Shown piece after piece: positions 20,026-30,271 of a stretch of DNA of 64,000 nucleotides (within the stretch, counting starts at the first letter, position 1; each line of letters opens with the position of its first letter). The position numbers and the translations under genes were made by a program. The notes below the pieces were generated by a model. The model was given only the letters and a program-made list of their open reading frames with translations, was not told where the DNA came from and ran no database searches. The stretch comes from an uncultured Clostridia bacterium (GTDB lineage: Bacteria; Bacillota; Clostridia; HGM11514): positions 1,591 through 65,590 of the forward strand of contig CAKSKB010000008.1 in NCBI GenBank assembly GCA_934464705.1. Reading direction: 5' to 3'.

Positions 20026-20070
20026 ATTTTTAAATCGATTGATTTTTTGGTGGAAAGGACAATAAAAACT

Positions 20071-21780
20071 ATGGCACTTGACGGAATTGTGATAAAAAAT
20101 ATCGTGTCCGAGCTGAAAAAAACTTTAACCGGCTCCCGAGTTGACAGAATATACCAGCCCGAGCGAGATGAGCTGACAATAGTTTTCCCCGAAGGCAGAC
20201 TGACGGTTTCGGTAAACCCTTCCTCTGCAAGGGTGTGTATGAGCACGGCAAAAAAGGAAAATCCGCAGCAGGCTCCGATGTTCTGTATGCTTCTTCGCAA
20301 ACACCTGACCCCGGCGCGCCTTGAAAGGGTTTACCAGGACGGGTTTGAAAGAATAATAATTATGGAATTTGACGCACGCAACGATATGGGCGACAGCGTT
20401 AAAAAGAAGCTTATATGCGAACTTATGGGCAGGCACAGCAATATAATCCTGACCGATGAGGGCGGCAGAATCATAGACAGCATAAAACATATCGATGTGT
20501 CGGTCAGCAGCGTAAGGCAGATACTCCCCGGGCTTATGTACGAAGGCGCACCGACGCAGCATAAGCAAAATCCGCTGACCGCAGATAAAGAAGATATAGA
20601 AAATGCCCTTCTCGGCTTTGATAAATATACCCCTTCGGACAAAGCGCTGCTTGATGCTTTTACCGGGCTTTCGCCCATGGCTTGCCGTGAGATTGTTTAC
20701 CGTTCGTGCGGCAGCTGCGACACACCGGTTTCGGAGGCGAAAAATCTTTCAAAAACGGCAAAGGAATTTTTTGATGAAATAAAAGCCTGCAATTTCATGC
20801 CGTGCACGGTATATACAAACGGCAAAAAAACGGAATTTTCATCGTTTATACCGAAGCAGTACGGTAATTCCGCACAGATTGAGCCGGCGCACTCCGTAAG
20901 CGAAGTTCTCGAAGGATTTTACGAAGGCAGGGACGCAGAAGCACGGCAAAAGCAGAAAACGGCTGCCGTTTCAAAGCTGGTTTCAAACCTAATCGCCCAT
21001 GCCTCAAAGAAAATAAATATTTACAAAAGCACAATCAAAGACGCCGAAAGCCGTGATAAATTCAAGCTTAAAGGCGATCTTCTCATGGCGAATATTTATA
21101 AGCTCAAAGGAGGGGAAAGCGGCATAACCGTCGAAAACTTTTACGATGAGGCTTTACCCGAAGTAAAAATTACCCTTGACCCGCAAAAAACACCTTCGCA
21201 GAACGCACAAAGGCTGTACGCCAAGTATACAAAGCTTAAAACAGCAGGCGAAGTGGCGGCTGAAATGCTTGAAAAAACCGAGGAGGAACTTACATACCTT
21301 CTTTCGGTGCAGCAGTTTATATCGGAAATCAAAACCTCATCCGACCTTTCGCAGATAAAGGAAGAACTGAGAGAGGGTGGTTATATTAAAAAAAGCAAGG
21401 GCAGACAGAAGCCTCAAAAGGCAAAGCCGATGGAGCTCGAAAGCAGCGACGGATTTAAGATACTCGTAGGCAAAAACAACATACAAAACGACTATGTGAC
21501 CTTCAAGCTTTCAAGAAGCCGTGACATATGGCTGCACACAAAAAACATACCGGGTTCCCACACTCTTATCGTAAGGGGAAACGCCGAGGAAATACCGGAT
21601 TCCACAATAATCGAGGCGGCAAATATCTGCGCAGCACACTCAAAGGCTAAGGACGGCGTTAAGGTGCCGGTTGACTACACGGAAATCAAAAATGTCAAAA
21701 AAATTGCCGGCGCAAAGCCGGGAATGGTTATATACGATAATTACAACACGGTGTATGTTACGCCGTCGGATAAAAAATAA
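20071..21780 (+). CDS. rqcH: Rqc2/NFACT-family ribosome quality control protein (FbpA-type fibronectin-binding protein)
   Basis: NFACT-N MALDGIVIKNIVSEL...VDRIYQPERDELTIVF, a central coiled coil, and an NFACT-R/DUF814 C-terminal region (WLHTKNIPGSHTLI). The ORF-track start at 20047 is probably too early. Confidence 0.8.
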   Translation: MALDGIVIKNIVSELKKTLTGSRVDRIYQPERDELTIVFPEGRLTVSVNPSSARVCMSTAKKENPQQAPMFCMLLRKHLTPARLERVYQDGFERIIIMEFDARNDMGDSVKKKLICELMGRHSNIILTDEGGRIIDSIKHIDVSVSSVRQILPGLMYEGAPTQHKQNPLTADKEDIENALLGFDKYTPSDKALLDAFTGLSPMACREIVYRSCGSCDTPVSEAKNLSKTAKEFFDEIKACNFMPCTVYTNGKKTEFSSFIPKQYGNSAQIEPAHSVSEVLEGFYEGRDAEARQKQKTAAVSKLVSNLIAHASKKINIYKSTIKDAESRDKFKLKGDLLMANIYKLKGGESGITVENFYDEALPEVKITLDPQKTPSQNAQRLYAKYTKLKTAGEVAAEMLEKTEEELTYLLSVQQFISEIKTSSDLSQIKEELREGGYIKKSKGRQKPQKAKPMELESSDGFKILVGKNNIQNDYVTFKLSRSRDIWLHTKNIPGSHTLIVRGNAEEIPDSTIIEAANICAAHSKAKDGVKVPVDYTEIKNVKKIAGAKPGMVIYDNYNTVYVTPSDKK

Positions 21781-21792
21781 AGGAGAAAAAAT

Positions 21793-23415
21793 ATGATTAT
21801 CAAGCAAATCTCATCACTTGAAAAAATACTCCCGTCGGAAAACCTCACAGCGCCCGAAATAAACGAATTTACCGTGCTTCTCGGCGAAAGATTTTCGTAT
21901 CAGATTGCATACAGGTGCGACGAAAAATACGAAAGGTACGGAATCAGGGTCGAATCCGACCTCACCGTTTCGGTTCGGGACGAAAAGCTTGTTCCGGTTA
22001 TGACCCCCTATAACCGCGAAACAGCCGACCCCGGCTTTATAACCCGCATGCCCTTTCTCTGCCCCGACCCTCTTGTTGAAAATCCGGGCGCCGTTCTTGC
22101 ATATGAATGGTACAGAGGGCTTTGGATTACGGCTGAGGGTACGGACGCCCCCGGCAAACATGAAATCAAGGTCATATTTGAAGGCGAAAAAACATATGAA
22201 AAAGTATTCACGCTCGAAGTCATTAATGCACGCCTTCCCGAGCAGGAGCTTATTTACACAAACTGGTTTCACACAGACTGCATAGCCTCATACTACAACC
22301 TTCCCATGCTCGGCGAGGCGCACTGGGCAATGATAGGAAAATTCGTTGAAACCGCCGTAAGAAACGGCATGAACATGATACTTACGCCGATTTTCACACC
22401 TCCTCTCGATACGGAGGTCGGCTCGGAAAGGCCCACCGTTCAGCTTGTTGAAATCAGCGAAGCGGACGGAAAATATTCATTTGATTTTTCACTGCTTAAA
22501 AGGTGGATTGCGCTTTGCCTCAAAAAAGGCATAAAATACTTTGAGATGGCACATCTTTTCACGCAGTGGGGCGCGGAATTCACACCGAAAATCATTGTGA
22601 ACGGTTCAAAGAAATTCGGGTGGCACAAATCGGCAACGGGCGGGGAATACAAGGAATTTCTGTCGCAGTTTTTACCGGCTCTTACGGATTTTCTGAAATC
22701 GGAAGGCGTTGCCGGTGTTACATATTTTCACATTTCGGACGAACCGAACTCCGCTCATCTCGAAAAATATCTCGCCGCAAAAGAAGCCGCTGCAAAATAT
22801 CTTGACGGCTTTAAGATTATGGATGCGCTTTCAAATGTGGATTATTTTGACAAAGGGGTTGTTGCCCTTCCGGTTCCGGCTTCAAACCACATTAAGCCCT
22901 TTCTTGAAAGGGACATCAAGGAACGCTGGACATACTACTGCGTTTCGCAGCAGGACCTTGTAAGCAACCGCTTTATGGCAATGCCGGCGTGCAGAAACAG
23001 GAGCATAAGCTATCAGTTGTTTAAGCACAATATAAAAGGGTTTTTGCACTGGGGCTTTAATTTTTACTACTCGCAGTTTTCAAAGCGGAAAATCAACCCG
23101 TTTTTTGAAACCGACGCCGGCGGCGCAAACCCGATAAGCAAAACCGACAGCGGATTTCCGTCGGGCGATTCGTTTTCGGTTTACCCCGGGGACGACGGTG
23201 CGCTCGAATCGACAAGGCTTATTGTATTTCACGAGGCGCTCCAGGATTTATCGGCAATGCGCCTTCTGGAATCAAAACTGGGGCACAAAAAAAGCGTTGA
23301 ATTTATCGAATCAACGCTTGCCCGCAAAGCGGATTTCGACATATGCTCAAAATCCGCAGATGAAATACTCAATCTCCGTCTTGCCGTAAACCGCAGAATT
23401 GCGGAGCTTCTTTAG
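21793..23415 (+). CDS. Putative glycoside hydrolase, DUF4091/GH123-like. Family assignment is tentative
   Basis: 540 aa, no signal peptide. TIM-barrel-like pattern with conserved aromatic and acidic residues (YFHISDEP, FLHWGFNFY). My recollection is that this resembles DUF4091 proteins. I could not check it by search. Confidence 0.4.
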   Translation: MIIKQISSLEKILPSENLTAPEINEFTVLLGERFSYQIAYRCDEKYERYGIRVESDLTVSVRDEKLVPVMTPYNRETADPGFITRMPFLCPDPLVENPGAVLAYEWYRGLWITAEGTDAPGKHEIKVIFEGEKTYEKVFTLEVINARLPEQELIYTNWFHTDCIASYYNLPMLGEAHWAMIGKFVETAVRNGMNMILTPIFTPPLDTEVGSERPTVQLVEISEADGKYSFDFSLLKRWIALCLKKGIKYFEMAHLFTQWGAEFTPKIIVNGSKKFGWHKSATGGEYKEFLSQFLPALTDFLKSEGVAGVTYFHISDEPNSAHLEKYLAAKEAAAKYLDGFKIMDALSNVDYFDKGVVALPVPASNHIKPFLERDIKERWTYYCVSQQDLVSNRFMAMPACRNRSISYQLFKHNIKGFLHWGFNFYYSQFSKRKINPFFETDAGGANPISKTDSGFPSGDSFSVYPGDDGALESTRLIVFHEALQDLSAMRLLESKLGHKKSVEFIESTLARKADFDICSKSADEILNLRLAVNRRIAELL

Positions 23416-23884
23416 AACAAACGGATATTAAACAATCCTCATAAAAAAATCGGTAAATATCGGTCATACCGATAACCGAAAAGGAATCAAGCGGAACCGT
23501 CAAACCGGTTCCGCATTTTTTTAAGTACGCTTCCTTTGCGGTCCATATTTCAAAAAACGCCTTTTGAGGATTTTCGGCGGACTGAATATATTCACGCTCT
23601 CCGCCGCTGAACTTTTCCGCAATCCCGAGATTCACATTCCTTATTCGCTCAATATCGACTCCGACCTCGCAGTCCGAAACGGCAACCGCCGCAAAAGAAC
23701 CGCTGTGGGAAATGTTGAAAAAAGCTGTACCGCCGGCATACGGCTTGCCGTTTTCCGTGCGTTCAAACTCACCCGAAAAGCCAAGCTTTTCCCTGACAAG
23801 CCCGTAAGCTTTTTTTCTCAGAGCCGCCGTATCTTCGGTTTTTTTCCCGCACGGATTTATTTTCACAATATACACTTTAGTCAT
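23369..23884 (-). CDS. 4'-phosphopantetheinyl transferase, Sfp/EntD superfamily
   Basis: GVDIERI and WTAKEAYLK motifs. 171 aa. Its 3' end overlaps the preceding plus-strand gene by about 47 nt. Confidence 0.7.
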   Translation of the reverse strand: MTKVYIVKINPCGKKTEDTAALRKKAYGLVREKLGFSGEFERTENGKPYAGGTAFFNISHSGSFAAVAVSDCEVGVDIERIRNVNLGIAEKFSGGEREYIQSAENPQKAFFEIWTAKEAYLKKCGTGLTVPLDSFSVIGMTDIYRFFYEDCLISVCSKEAPQFCGLRQDGD

Positions 23885-23885
23885 A

Positions 23886-25778
23886 TTAAATATAAATGCT
23901 GAAAAACCTCATATCTCCGCTTTCGTAATCATCGGCGGTTGCATAAGCGCACATTGCAATTTTCCTGCATTCTCCGTTTCCTGTAATTTCAACATCGTAT
24001 TCTGCCATCATGTTGTCCGCCGTTCCCCTGTAAACCGCTTCGGCACGCACATTTTCTCCGCATACGGTATCCGGGCAGAATATTTCCGCCTCCGCCATGC
24101 CTGTTTTTTTGCTCTTTGCAAGAAGCACCGGGCCGAAGGTGATATACGAGCACTGCCGTTTTTCCATATATTCCGGCGGCAGCTTTACCCCGGGCTTTCC
24201 GTAAGGAATCCAGCGCTGAACCTTAAAATCATCCTCCGAAATCTTGCCCGGCGCAACCGGAAAATCATGTATTTCCGCTTTGAAGTCAAAATCTGCGGTT
24301 ATTTCGGAAACACCCCTGCCGACTGTTAATTTATAATAATCCCCGCTGATTTTCTCACCGTTTACGGCTGCATTTTTTCCGGCAGTGTCGGGCACTCTCA
24401 GGAATATGTCAATCGGTTTTTCCGTGGTTATTTCTATGCTGGCCCTTCCGCTTTCGATATACCCTCCGGAAATCTCGATTACGGCATTTTCAAGTTTGGT
24501 TTTAAGCGGAGAATACATATTTATATACACGCCTCTCTCCGAAACCGAAACCGCAAGTTCTGTTATGTTTATATATCCTCTCGGAATGTTGTCAAGACAG
24601 CACTGATTATATTTAAGCCCCGACTGACCGCTCGCAATCATATGGCTGCAGCTTGCACGAACCGCTCTTGCGCCCCATTTGCCGTCATCGGAAACCGATG
24701 CCAGAAACGCATTATAGTATGCCTTTTCAATCGAATTGATATACTTTGCGTCACCCGTCAGCCTGTAAAGTTCGCTGCACACCCTTATCCAGTGTATAAC
24801 ATCGCATGGCTCGGAAAGGGCATTTTCGATTTTTGCGGCATTTGCAAAAATATCATTAAATCCCACGGACGACATCGGATTAAGCTCATGCTCTTTGAGA
24901 AGTTCGTACATATTGCATACCGCCGTGAAATATTTTTCGGTACCCGTTATTCTGTAAAGTTCCAGAAGCCCGTCAAGACAGGACATCATTTCATAAGCCT
25001 TCGCCCACAGATTGCTTTTCGGATACCACTCGTGAACCGGTTTTTTCATAAGAGCGTTTCTTATGATGTTCGGCTTTTTGCCGTCGTCTCTGTCCCAGTT
25101 TTCCGCAATATCCACACAGAAATCAAGCAGCTTTTCATCGCCCGTCAGGCGGTAAAGAATAAGCATCGGCTTGATTATCGAACCGCTCGGCAGACCGCAA
25201 AAGTTTTTTGTACCCGTTTCGGATATATGTACACCAAGCTCCGAAAGCTCCGAAATAAGCTGATTTGCCAGGCAATGAGCGCCGCCGAGAATTTTTTTGC
25301 TGCCGGTCAGTTCCGCCGCTTCAACCAGACCCCAAAGCGTATATTTCCTGCACCAGATGTTCCAGTTCCAGTCGCAGTCCCACCCCATAATCTCAAACGC
25401 CGCCTTCGGATCGGGCGGAAAGACATTTCGGCTGTCCTTATACGAATTTATGTACCCGTCCTCTCTCGCAAAGGAAATGACCTTAAGCGCCGCATTTTCA
25501 ATAAACGCCTTCAAATCCTCCCTGCCGGTGTATTTATACACTCTGCATGCGCTTATGACGAGCTTTCCCCAGAACTCTCCGCTCCAGTGCCCTACAGCCG
25601 TATCGTCGTCATGCGGAAACCGCAAAGCGTCCTCCGCCTCTTTATATATCTCATTTTTGGCAAAATCCGAAAAAATACGGTTTTCAAAAAAGCGTTCCAT
25701 ATACTTTTCCTCAAAGCCCATAAATTTCGTTTTACCGATTTCCCGGAATTCCACCCGGTTTTTAATTCTGTACACCAT
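23886..25778 (-). CDS. Putative (alpha/alpha)6-barrel glycoside hydrolase, DUF1680 / GH127-GH146-like (beta-L-arabinofuranosidase-like)
   Basis: 630 aa, cytoplasmic. Repeated LYRLTGD / LYRITGTEKY helical-hairpin motifs typical of six-hairpin glycosidases, and a C-terminal beta-sandwich. The specific family is inferred from size and architecture only. Confidence 0.45.
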   Translation of the reverse strand: MVYRIKNRVEFREIGKTKFMGFEEKYMERFFENRIFSDFAKNEIYKEAEDALRFPHDDDTAVGHWSGEFWGKLVISACRVYKYTGREDLKAFIENAALKVISFAREDGYINSYKDSRNVFPPDPKAAFEIMGWDCDWNWNIWCRKYTLWGLVEAAELTGSKKILGGAHCLANQLISELSELGVHISETGTKNFCGLPSGSIIKPMLILYRLTGDEKLLDFCVDIAENWDRDDGKKPNIIRNALMKKPVHEWYPKSNLWAKAYEMMSCLDGLLELYRITGTEKYFTAVCNMYELLKEHELNPMSSVGFNDIFANAAKIENALSEPCDVIHWIRVCSELYRLTGDAKYINSIEKAYYNAFLASVSDDGKWGARAVRASCSHMIASGQSGLKYNQCCLDNIPRGYINITELAVSVSERGVYINMYSPLKTKLENAVIEISGGYIESGRASIEITTEKPIDIFLRVPDTAGKNAAVNGEKISGDYYKLTVGRGVSEITADFDFKAEIHDFPVAPGKISEDDFKVQRWIPYGKPGVKLPPEYMEKRQCSYITFGPVLLAKSKKTGMAEAEIFCPDTVCGENVRAEAVYRGTADNMMAEYDVEITGNGECRKIAMCAYATADDYESGDMRFFSIYI

Positions 25779-25963
25779 ATCAATCTCTCCAAATTAAATA
25801 TATTATAAAATATTATATATAATCGGTGCTGTATTGTCAATATAAAATACCCACTTTTTTGTACGGAGTAAATATTTTGCCGCCTAAAAGTCAATTGTGT
25901 ATATTGACCCGGAAATATTTTTGTAGTATAGTATATATAATACATTATAATGAGGTAAAATAT

Positions 25964-27805
25964 ATGAACTATATTGTCAAGAACGAAAAAGAACTGTTTG
26001 AAGCGGTAAAAGCCGTCAATTCCGAAACGGAAGCGGCTGTTATAACGGTAGAAGCCGGAACATACGAAATAAACGAAAGCATTGTTTTCACCCGTGATAA
26101 TGTCACGGTAAAGGCAAACGGCGATGTAAACTTCAAGGGCAGCCGAAAAATACCGGTCAGCGGCAGCGGCACGGTTGAAATCGACCTTAAATCCGAAGGT
26201 ATAACCGATTTCGGGAAATTCGGCGAAGGACCTTTCGAGGATTTCTGGAATGAATGCGATATACCGAAACCCCATATGCTCAATGAAGGTCCGGGCGCCG
26301 AGCTTTTTTATGAAGATAAAGCAATGCCTCTTTCAAGATACCCCGAAACCGGCGAACTGAGAATAACCAAAGCTCTCGGCGAAACACCCCTTATCGAGCA
26401 CAAGCGCACGGACAGAATCGGCTCCATGGAAGGCATATTTTTATGCGATGACGATTCGGTAAAAGAGTGGGCAAATGAGGATGACCCCCTTCTTATAGGC
26501 TACTGGGGCAATGACTGGGCAACCCAGCGCCACACGGTTAAATCGGTAGACCCGAAAACAGGAGCTATCGAGGTCAATCCGCCGTATCATACATTCGGAT
26601 ACCGTGACGGAAGTATGTTCAACAACAGCGACGGCGGCGCGCCGTTTTTCGCCCTCAACTTAAGATGCGCCCTCAAAAAGCCCGGAAACTGGTGTATAGA
26701 CCGCAAAAACGGAAAAATTTTCATGATTCCCTATGAAAACCAGAAAGAGGTCAGCATATCCGTATGCGAAGATATTTTTTTGCTCTGCGGCAGGGAAAAC
26801 ATACATATAATAGGTATAAATATGTCCGAGTGCCGCAAGTCGGGCATTATGATGGACGGCTGCAAGGCATGCTCGGTCGAGGACTGCCGTATTTACAATA
26901 CGGGCGCATGGGCGGTAATTGCCGATAACTGCACCGATACAAAGGTGCTGCGCTGCACGGTTTACGACACTGCCGGCGGCGGAATAGCCCTCAGCGGAGG
27001 CGACCGTCCGACCCTCACCCCGGCAAACAATATTGCCGAAGGCTGCGAGATTCACGATATTGCACGGTGGCACAAAACATATCTTGCCGCAATAGAGCTT
27101 AACGGCGTCGGCTGTACGGCTTCCGAAAACAAGCTTTATGACCTTCCGCATTTTGCAATAGTTTTCCAGGGCAACAACCATATAATCGAGAAAAACGATA
27201 TCAAAAACGCCTGCTATTCATCAAATGACGCCGGCGCAATTTACGCCGGCCGTGACTGGACCTGCCGCGGAAATATAATAAGATACAATTATATCCACGA
27301 TTTCCCGGGGCGTGCAAATGTCGGCTGCATAGGAATATACTTTGATGACGCAATGTCCTCCGCCGAAGTTTACGGAAACACAATCGTCGGCTCGATTCAG
27401 GCGGGAATTGAACTCGGCGGCGGAAGGGACTTCAAAATTCACCATAACACATTCATAAACTGCCATGTTTCGATGATGATGGACGCGCGCCTCAAAAACT
27501 GGGGAACCACCGAAAAGCTTATGCGCCACCTCGGCGAAGTTCCGTACAGAAACAAGGTGTGGGAAAATGCATATCCCGAGCTTTTCAGGCTTCTTGACGA
27601 GGATTTCTGCGCTCCGAAAAACAACGAGTTCTGCGATAACCTCACAATCGGCGGTCACGGTGTCGCCGTATCGAGAGACGGCGCAGACGAATATATAATA
27701 ATGAAAAACAACAAATTTATAAAATCGGATTTCCCGACCGCCGTTCATGAACGATACAGGTCCGACTGGTGGGCTTTCCCGGAGGAAGAACAGATATTAA
27801 AATAA
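25964..27805 (+). CDS. Right-handed parallel beta-helix (pectin-lyase-fold) protein with no signal peptide. Putative polysaccharide lyase or hydrolase
   Basis: RBS GAGG 8 nt upstream of the ATG at 25964 (MNYIVKNEKELF). PbH1-like repeats (NIHIIGINMSEC, CRIYNTGAWAVI, NNHIIEKNDIKN, GNTIVGSIQAGIEL, HHNTFINC). Paralogous to the secreted partial gene at 1..585. Confidence 0.6.
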   Translation: MNYIVKNEKELFEAVKAVNSETEAAVITVEAGTYEINESIVFTRDNVTVKANGDVNFKGSRKIPVSGSGTVEIDLKSEGITDFGKFGEGPFEDFWNECDIPKPHMLNEGPGAELFYEDKAMPLSRYPETGELRITKALGETPLIEHKRTDRIGSMEGIFLCDDDSVKEWANEDDPLLIGYWGNDWATQRHTVKSVDPKTGAIEVNPPYHTFGYRDGSMFNNSDGGAPFFALNLRCALKKPGNWCIDRKNGKIFMIPYENQKEVSISVCEDIFLLCGRENIHIIGINMSECRKSGIMMDGCKACSVEDCRIYNTGAWAVIADNCTDTKVLRCTVYDTAGGGIALSGGDRPTLTPANNIAEGCEIHDIARWHKTYLAAIELNGVGCTASENKLYDLPHFAIVFQGNNHIIEKNDIKNACYSSNDAGAIYAGRDWTCRGNIIRYNYIHDFPGRANVGCIGIYFDDAMSSAEVYGNTIVGSIQAGIELGGGRDFKIHHNTFINCHVSMMMDARLKNWGTTEKLMRHLGEVPYRNKVWENAYPELFRLLDEDFCAPKNNEFCDNLTIGGHGVAVSRDGADEYIIMKNNKFIKSDFPTAVHERYRSDWWAFPEEEQILK

Positions 27806-28028
27806 TCGAAATTCCGCACTTCATGCCGACCGATTTGTTGATAATAAATATCACTTTTAACAATCCTTAAAGGTGTGATTTGTGCATTTGTTCAAATGTG
27901 TAAATATTTTACCCCATTTGTCAAAATATTTACCTTTTTAAGTTGCGCCAAATATGTTATACTTAATGTGTTATCTTAGATTGGCGGTTAGTGTGTAATC
28001 GCCAAGCCTGTTTTTAATTACTTAGGAG

Positions 28029-28994
28029 GTGGCAAAATTGGCAAAAGAGGTAACAAATGAACTTACATACATACCTAAAAAGCAGAGTGCGGCACTTATT
28101 TTCAAAAAGAACTGGATGCTCCTTGCACTGTGCGCACCAATGCTTGTTTATCTTGCAATTTTCCGTTACGGACCGATGTTCGGTATCATACTGGCTTTTA
28201 AGTCGTATGACTACCAGGGAGGTATCATCGGCAGTGACTGGACGGGTCTTTACAACTTTGAGTTCTTCTTTCAGTCGGACAGTTTTACGATAGTTGTAAG
28301 AAACGCCCTTCTTTACAACATAGTAATGATATTCCTGGGTCTTATTGCGTCAATCATGCTCGCACTGCTGCTCTTTGAGCTTTCGGGCAAGATTGCTATC
28401 AGGGTTTATCAGACGCTTATGTTCATACCGCATCTTCTCTCGTGGGTTGTTGTTGCGTACATGGTATACGCATTCTTAAGCCCTACACACGGTATGCTGG
28501 TAAGCATCTATAATTACTTCGGCCTTACATATACCGACTGGTATTCAGAGCCTATGAGATGGATATTCATTCTGCCTATCGCCTCCATATGGAAAGGCTG
28601 CGGTATGAGTGCGCTTATCTATTATTCGTCACTCCTCGGTATTGACGCAGAATACTTTGAAGCCGCATCGCTCGAAGGTGCAACAAGGCTTCAGATTGCA
28701 AAATATATAACACTTCCGTTCCTGTATCCTACCGTTACAATCCTTACGATTATGGCTATCGGTAAGATATTCAATGCAGATTTCGGTCTGTTCTATCAGC
28801 TGCCGAAAGGCTCTCCGCTGATCAGAAGCACTACGGATGTTATCGAAACCTACACATACCGTGCATTCTATGAAGAAAGCAATATCGGTCAGTCATCTGC
28901 AGTAGGTCTGGTACAGTCCATCGTGGGCTTGGTGCTCGTTACGCTTACAAATGCCGTTGTTAAGTGGATCGACCCCGAAAGAGCATTGTATTAA
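28029..28994 (+). CDS. Carbohydrate ABC transporter permease, LplB/YtcP-like (MalF-type)
   Basis: Six TM segments and the EAA loop region (EAASLEGATRLQIAKYITLP). The N-terminus (IFKKNWMLLALCAPMLVYLAIFRYGPMFGIILAFKSY) is typical of LplB-family polysaccharide-uptake permeases. Confidence 0.85.
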   Translation: MAKLAKEVTNELTYIPKKQSAALIFKKNWMLLALCAPMLVYLAIFRYGPMFGIILAFKSYDYQGGIIGSDWTGLYNFEFFFQSDSFTIVVRNALLYNIVMIFLGLIASIMLALLLFELSGKIAIRVYQTLMFIPHLLSWVVVAYMVYAFLSPTHGMLVSIYNYFGLTYTDWYSEPMRWIFILPIASIWKGCGMSALIYYSSLLGIDAEYFEAASLEGATRLQIAKYITLPFLYPTVTILTIMAIGKIFNADFGLFYQLPKGSPLIRSTTDVIETYTYRAFYEESNIGQSSAVGLVQSIVGLVLVTLTNAVVKWIDPERALY

Positions 28995-29013
28995 GAAAGG
29001 ACGGTGTTTGTAA

Positions 29014-29913
29014 ATGGCAGTCGTTAAAAGAAAAAGCGAAACTATCGCAAAGTTTTTTATACATATTTTCTTCTGTTTGCTTTCGGTAACATTTATTATA
29101 CCGATCTGGTCTATTGTATCCATCTCGTTCATGAGCGAGGAGGAAATCATTCAGACAGGTTACGCAATGATTCCGAAAGAGCTGTGCCTTACTGCTTATA
29201 AGTATATTTTCAGCAGTACCGGTGCTATTATCAATGCTTACAAGGCAACAATAATTACATCGATTATGCAGTGCGTACTCTTCCTCATCGTAGGTTCAAT
29301 GTGCGCATACGCTATATCCCGTTCGGACTTCAAGTTCAGAGGACCTATCACATTCTTCATGTTCTTCACAATGCTGTTCGGCGGCGGTATGATTCCTTCT
29401 TACATACTTATCGCAAAGGTTATGAACCTTACCGATACTTATGCAGCGCTGGTTTTCCCGTCTATCGGTAATGTATGGTCGATATTTATTATCCGAACAT
29501 TCTTCCAGCAGCTGCCGGGCGCTATTATTGAGTCCGCAACTATTGACGGCGCAAGCGAATGGACGATTTTTACAAAGATTATTCTTCCTCTTTCAACACC
29601 TGCGCTGGCAACAATGGGTCTTCTTGAATTCCTCGGTGCGTGGAATGCATGGATGCCCTCAATGCTTTACCTTACCAGTAACGGTAAAGACAAAAGAACT
29701 CTGCAGTACCTGCTTCAGACAATGCTTCGTAACATCGATGAATTGAAGAAGAATCAGGAACAGACGGGTATGATTCTCGAAACAGCGAACACGCCTACAG
29801 AGAGTGCCCGTATGGCTATGGCGGTTGTTGCCGTAGGTCCTATCCTCCTTATATTCCCGTTCTTCCAGAAGTATTTCGTACAGGGTCTTACGGTTGGTTC
29901 CGTAAAGGGTTGA
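29014..29913 (+). CDS. Carbohydrate ABC transporter permease, LplC-like (MalG-type)
   Basis: TM topology and EAA motif ESATIDGASEWTIFTKIILPLSTPALATMG. Confidence 0.85.
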   Translation: MAVVKRKSETIAKFFIHIFFCLLSVTFIIPIWSIVSISFMSEEEIIQTGYAMIPKELCLTAYKYIFSSTGAIINAYKATIITSIMQCVLFLIVGSMCAYAISRSDFKFRGPITFFMFFTMLFGGGMIPSYILIAKVMNLTDTYAALVFPSIGNVWSIFIIRTFFQQLPGAIIESATIDGASEWTIFTKIILPLSTPALATMGLLEFLGAWNAWMPSMLYLTSNGKDKRTLQYLLQTMLRNIDELKKNQEQTGMILETANTPTESARMAMAVVAVGPILLIFPFFQKYFVQGLTVGSVKG

Positions 29914-29984
29914 TTTAAAGACAATTTAAGGACACATAGCTTTTATGCCGTGTGTCCTTTTATTAAAAATAAGGTGGTTTATGC

Positions 29985-30254
29985 ATGGGCAAAGATATAA
30001 GAAGGTACAACATGCGGCGGAACAGAGCAATTAAAATCACTGCTGCGATTGTGTTTTGGTTTGCGGTATTTTTTGCAATTAACCTCATAACAAAAAGAAA
30101 TCAGGCAAACGGAGCGGCTGCAGATATGACGGAAACTTACATAGTTCTTGCAGTGTCAGCAATTATAGCACTGCTCGGGTTTGTTGCCACTTTATATGCA
30201 ATATTTTATCTTGAAAGATTTTCTATACAAAACAAAAAGAAAAAACGAAGATAA
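29985..30254 (+). CDS. Small membrane protein, hypothetical (2 TM)
   Basis: 89 aa, two hydrophobic helices, lysine-rich C-terminus. No recognisable family. Confidence 0.4.
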   Translation: MGKDIRRYNMRRNRAIKITAAIVFWFAVFFAINLITKRNQANGAAADMTETYIVLAVSAIIALLGFVATLYAIFYLERFSIQNKKKKRR

Positions 30255-30271
30255 CCGAAAGGACTCAAATT

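Noticed and set aside
19942-20046. Divergent intergenic region, checked for a regulatory RNA or small ORF (ORF-track 19989..20300 minus)
   Set aside because: The minus ORF overlaps the rqcH 5' end and has low-complexity composition. The region is best explained as back-to-back promoters, with a good -35/-10 pair for rqcH reported as a feature.
27806-28028. AT-rich 220-nt region upstream of the ABC permease genes, with a short hairpin (ttggcg...cgccaa); considered as a riboswitch or small RNA
   Set aside because: No recognisable riboswitch consensus; most likely just a promoter/UTR. Too little evidence to call a feature.
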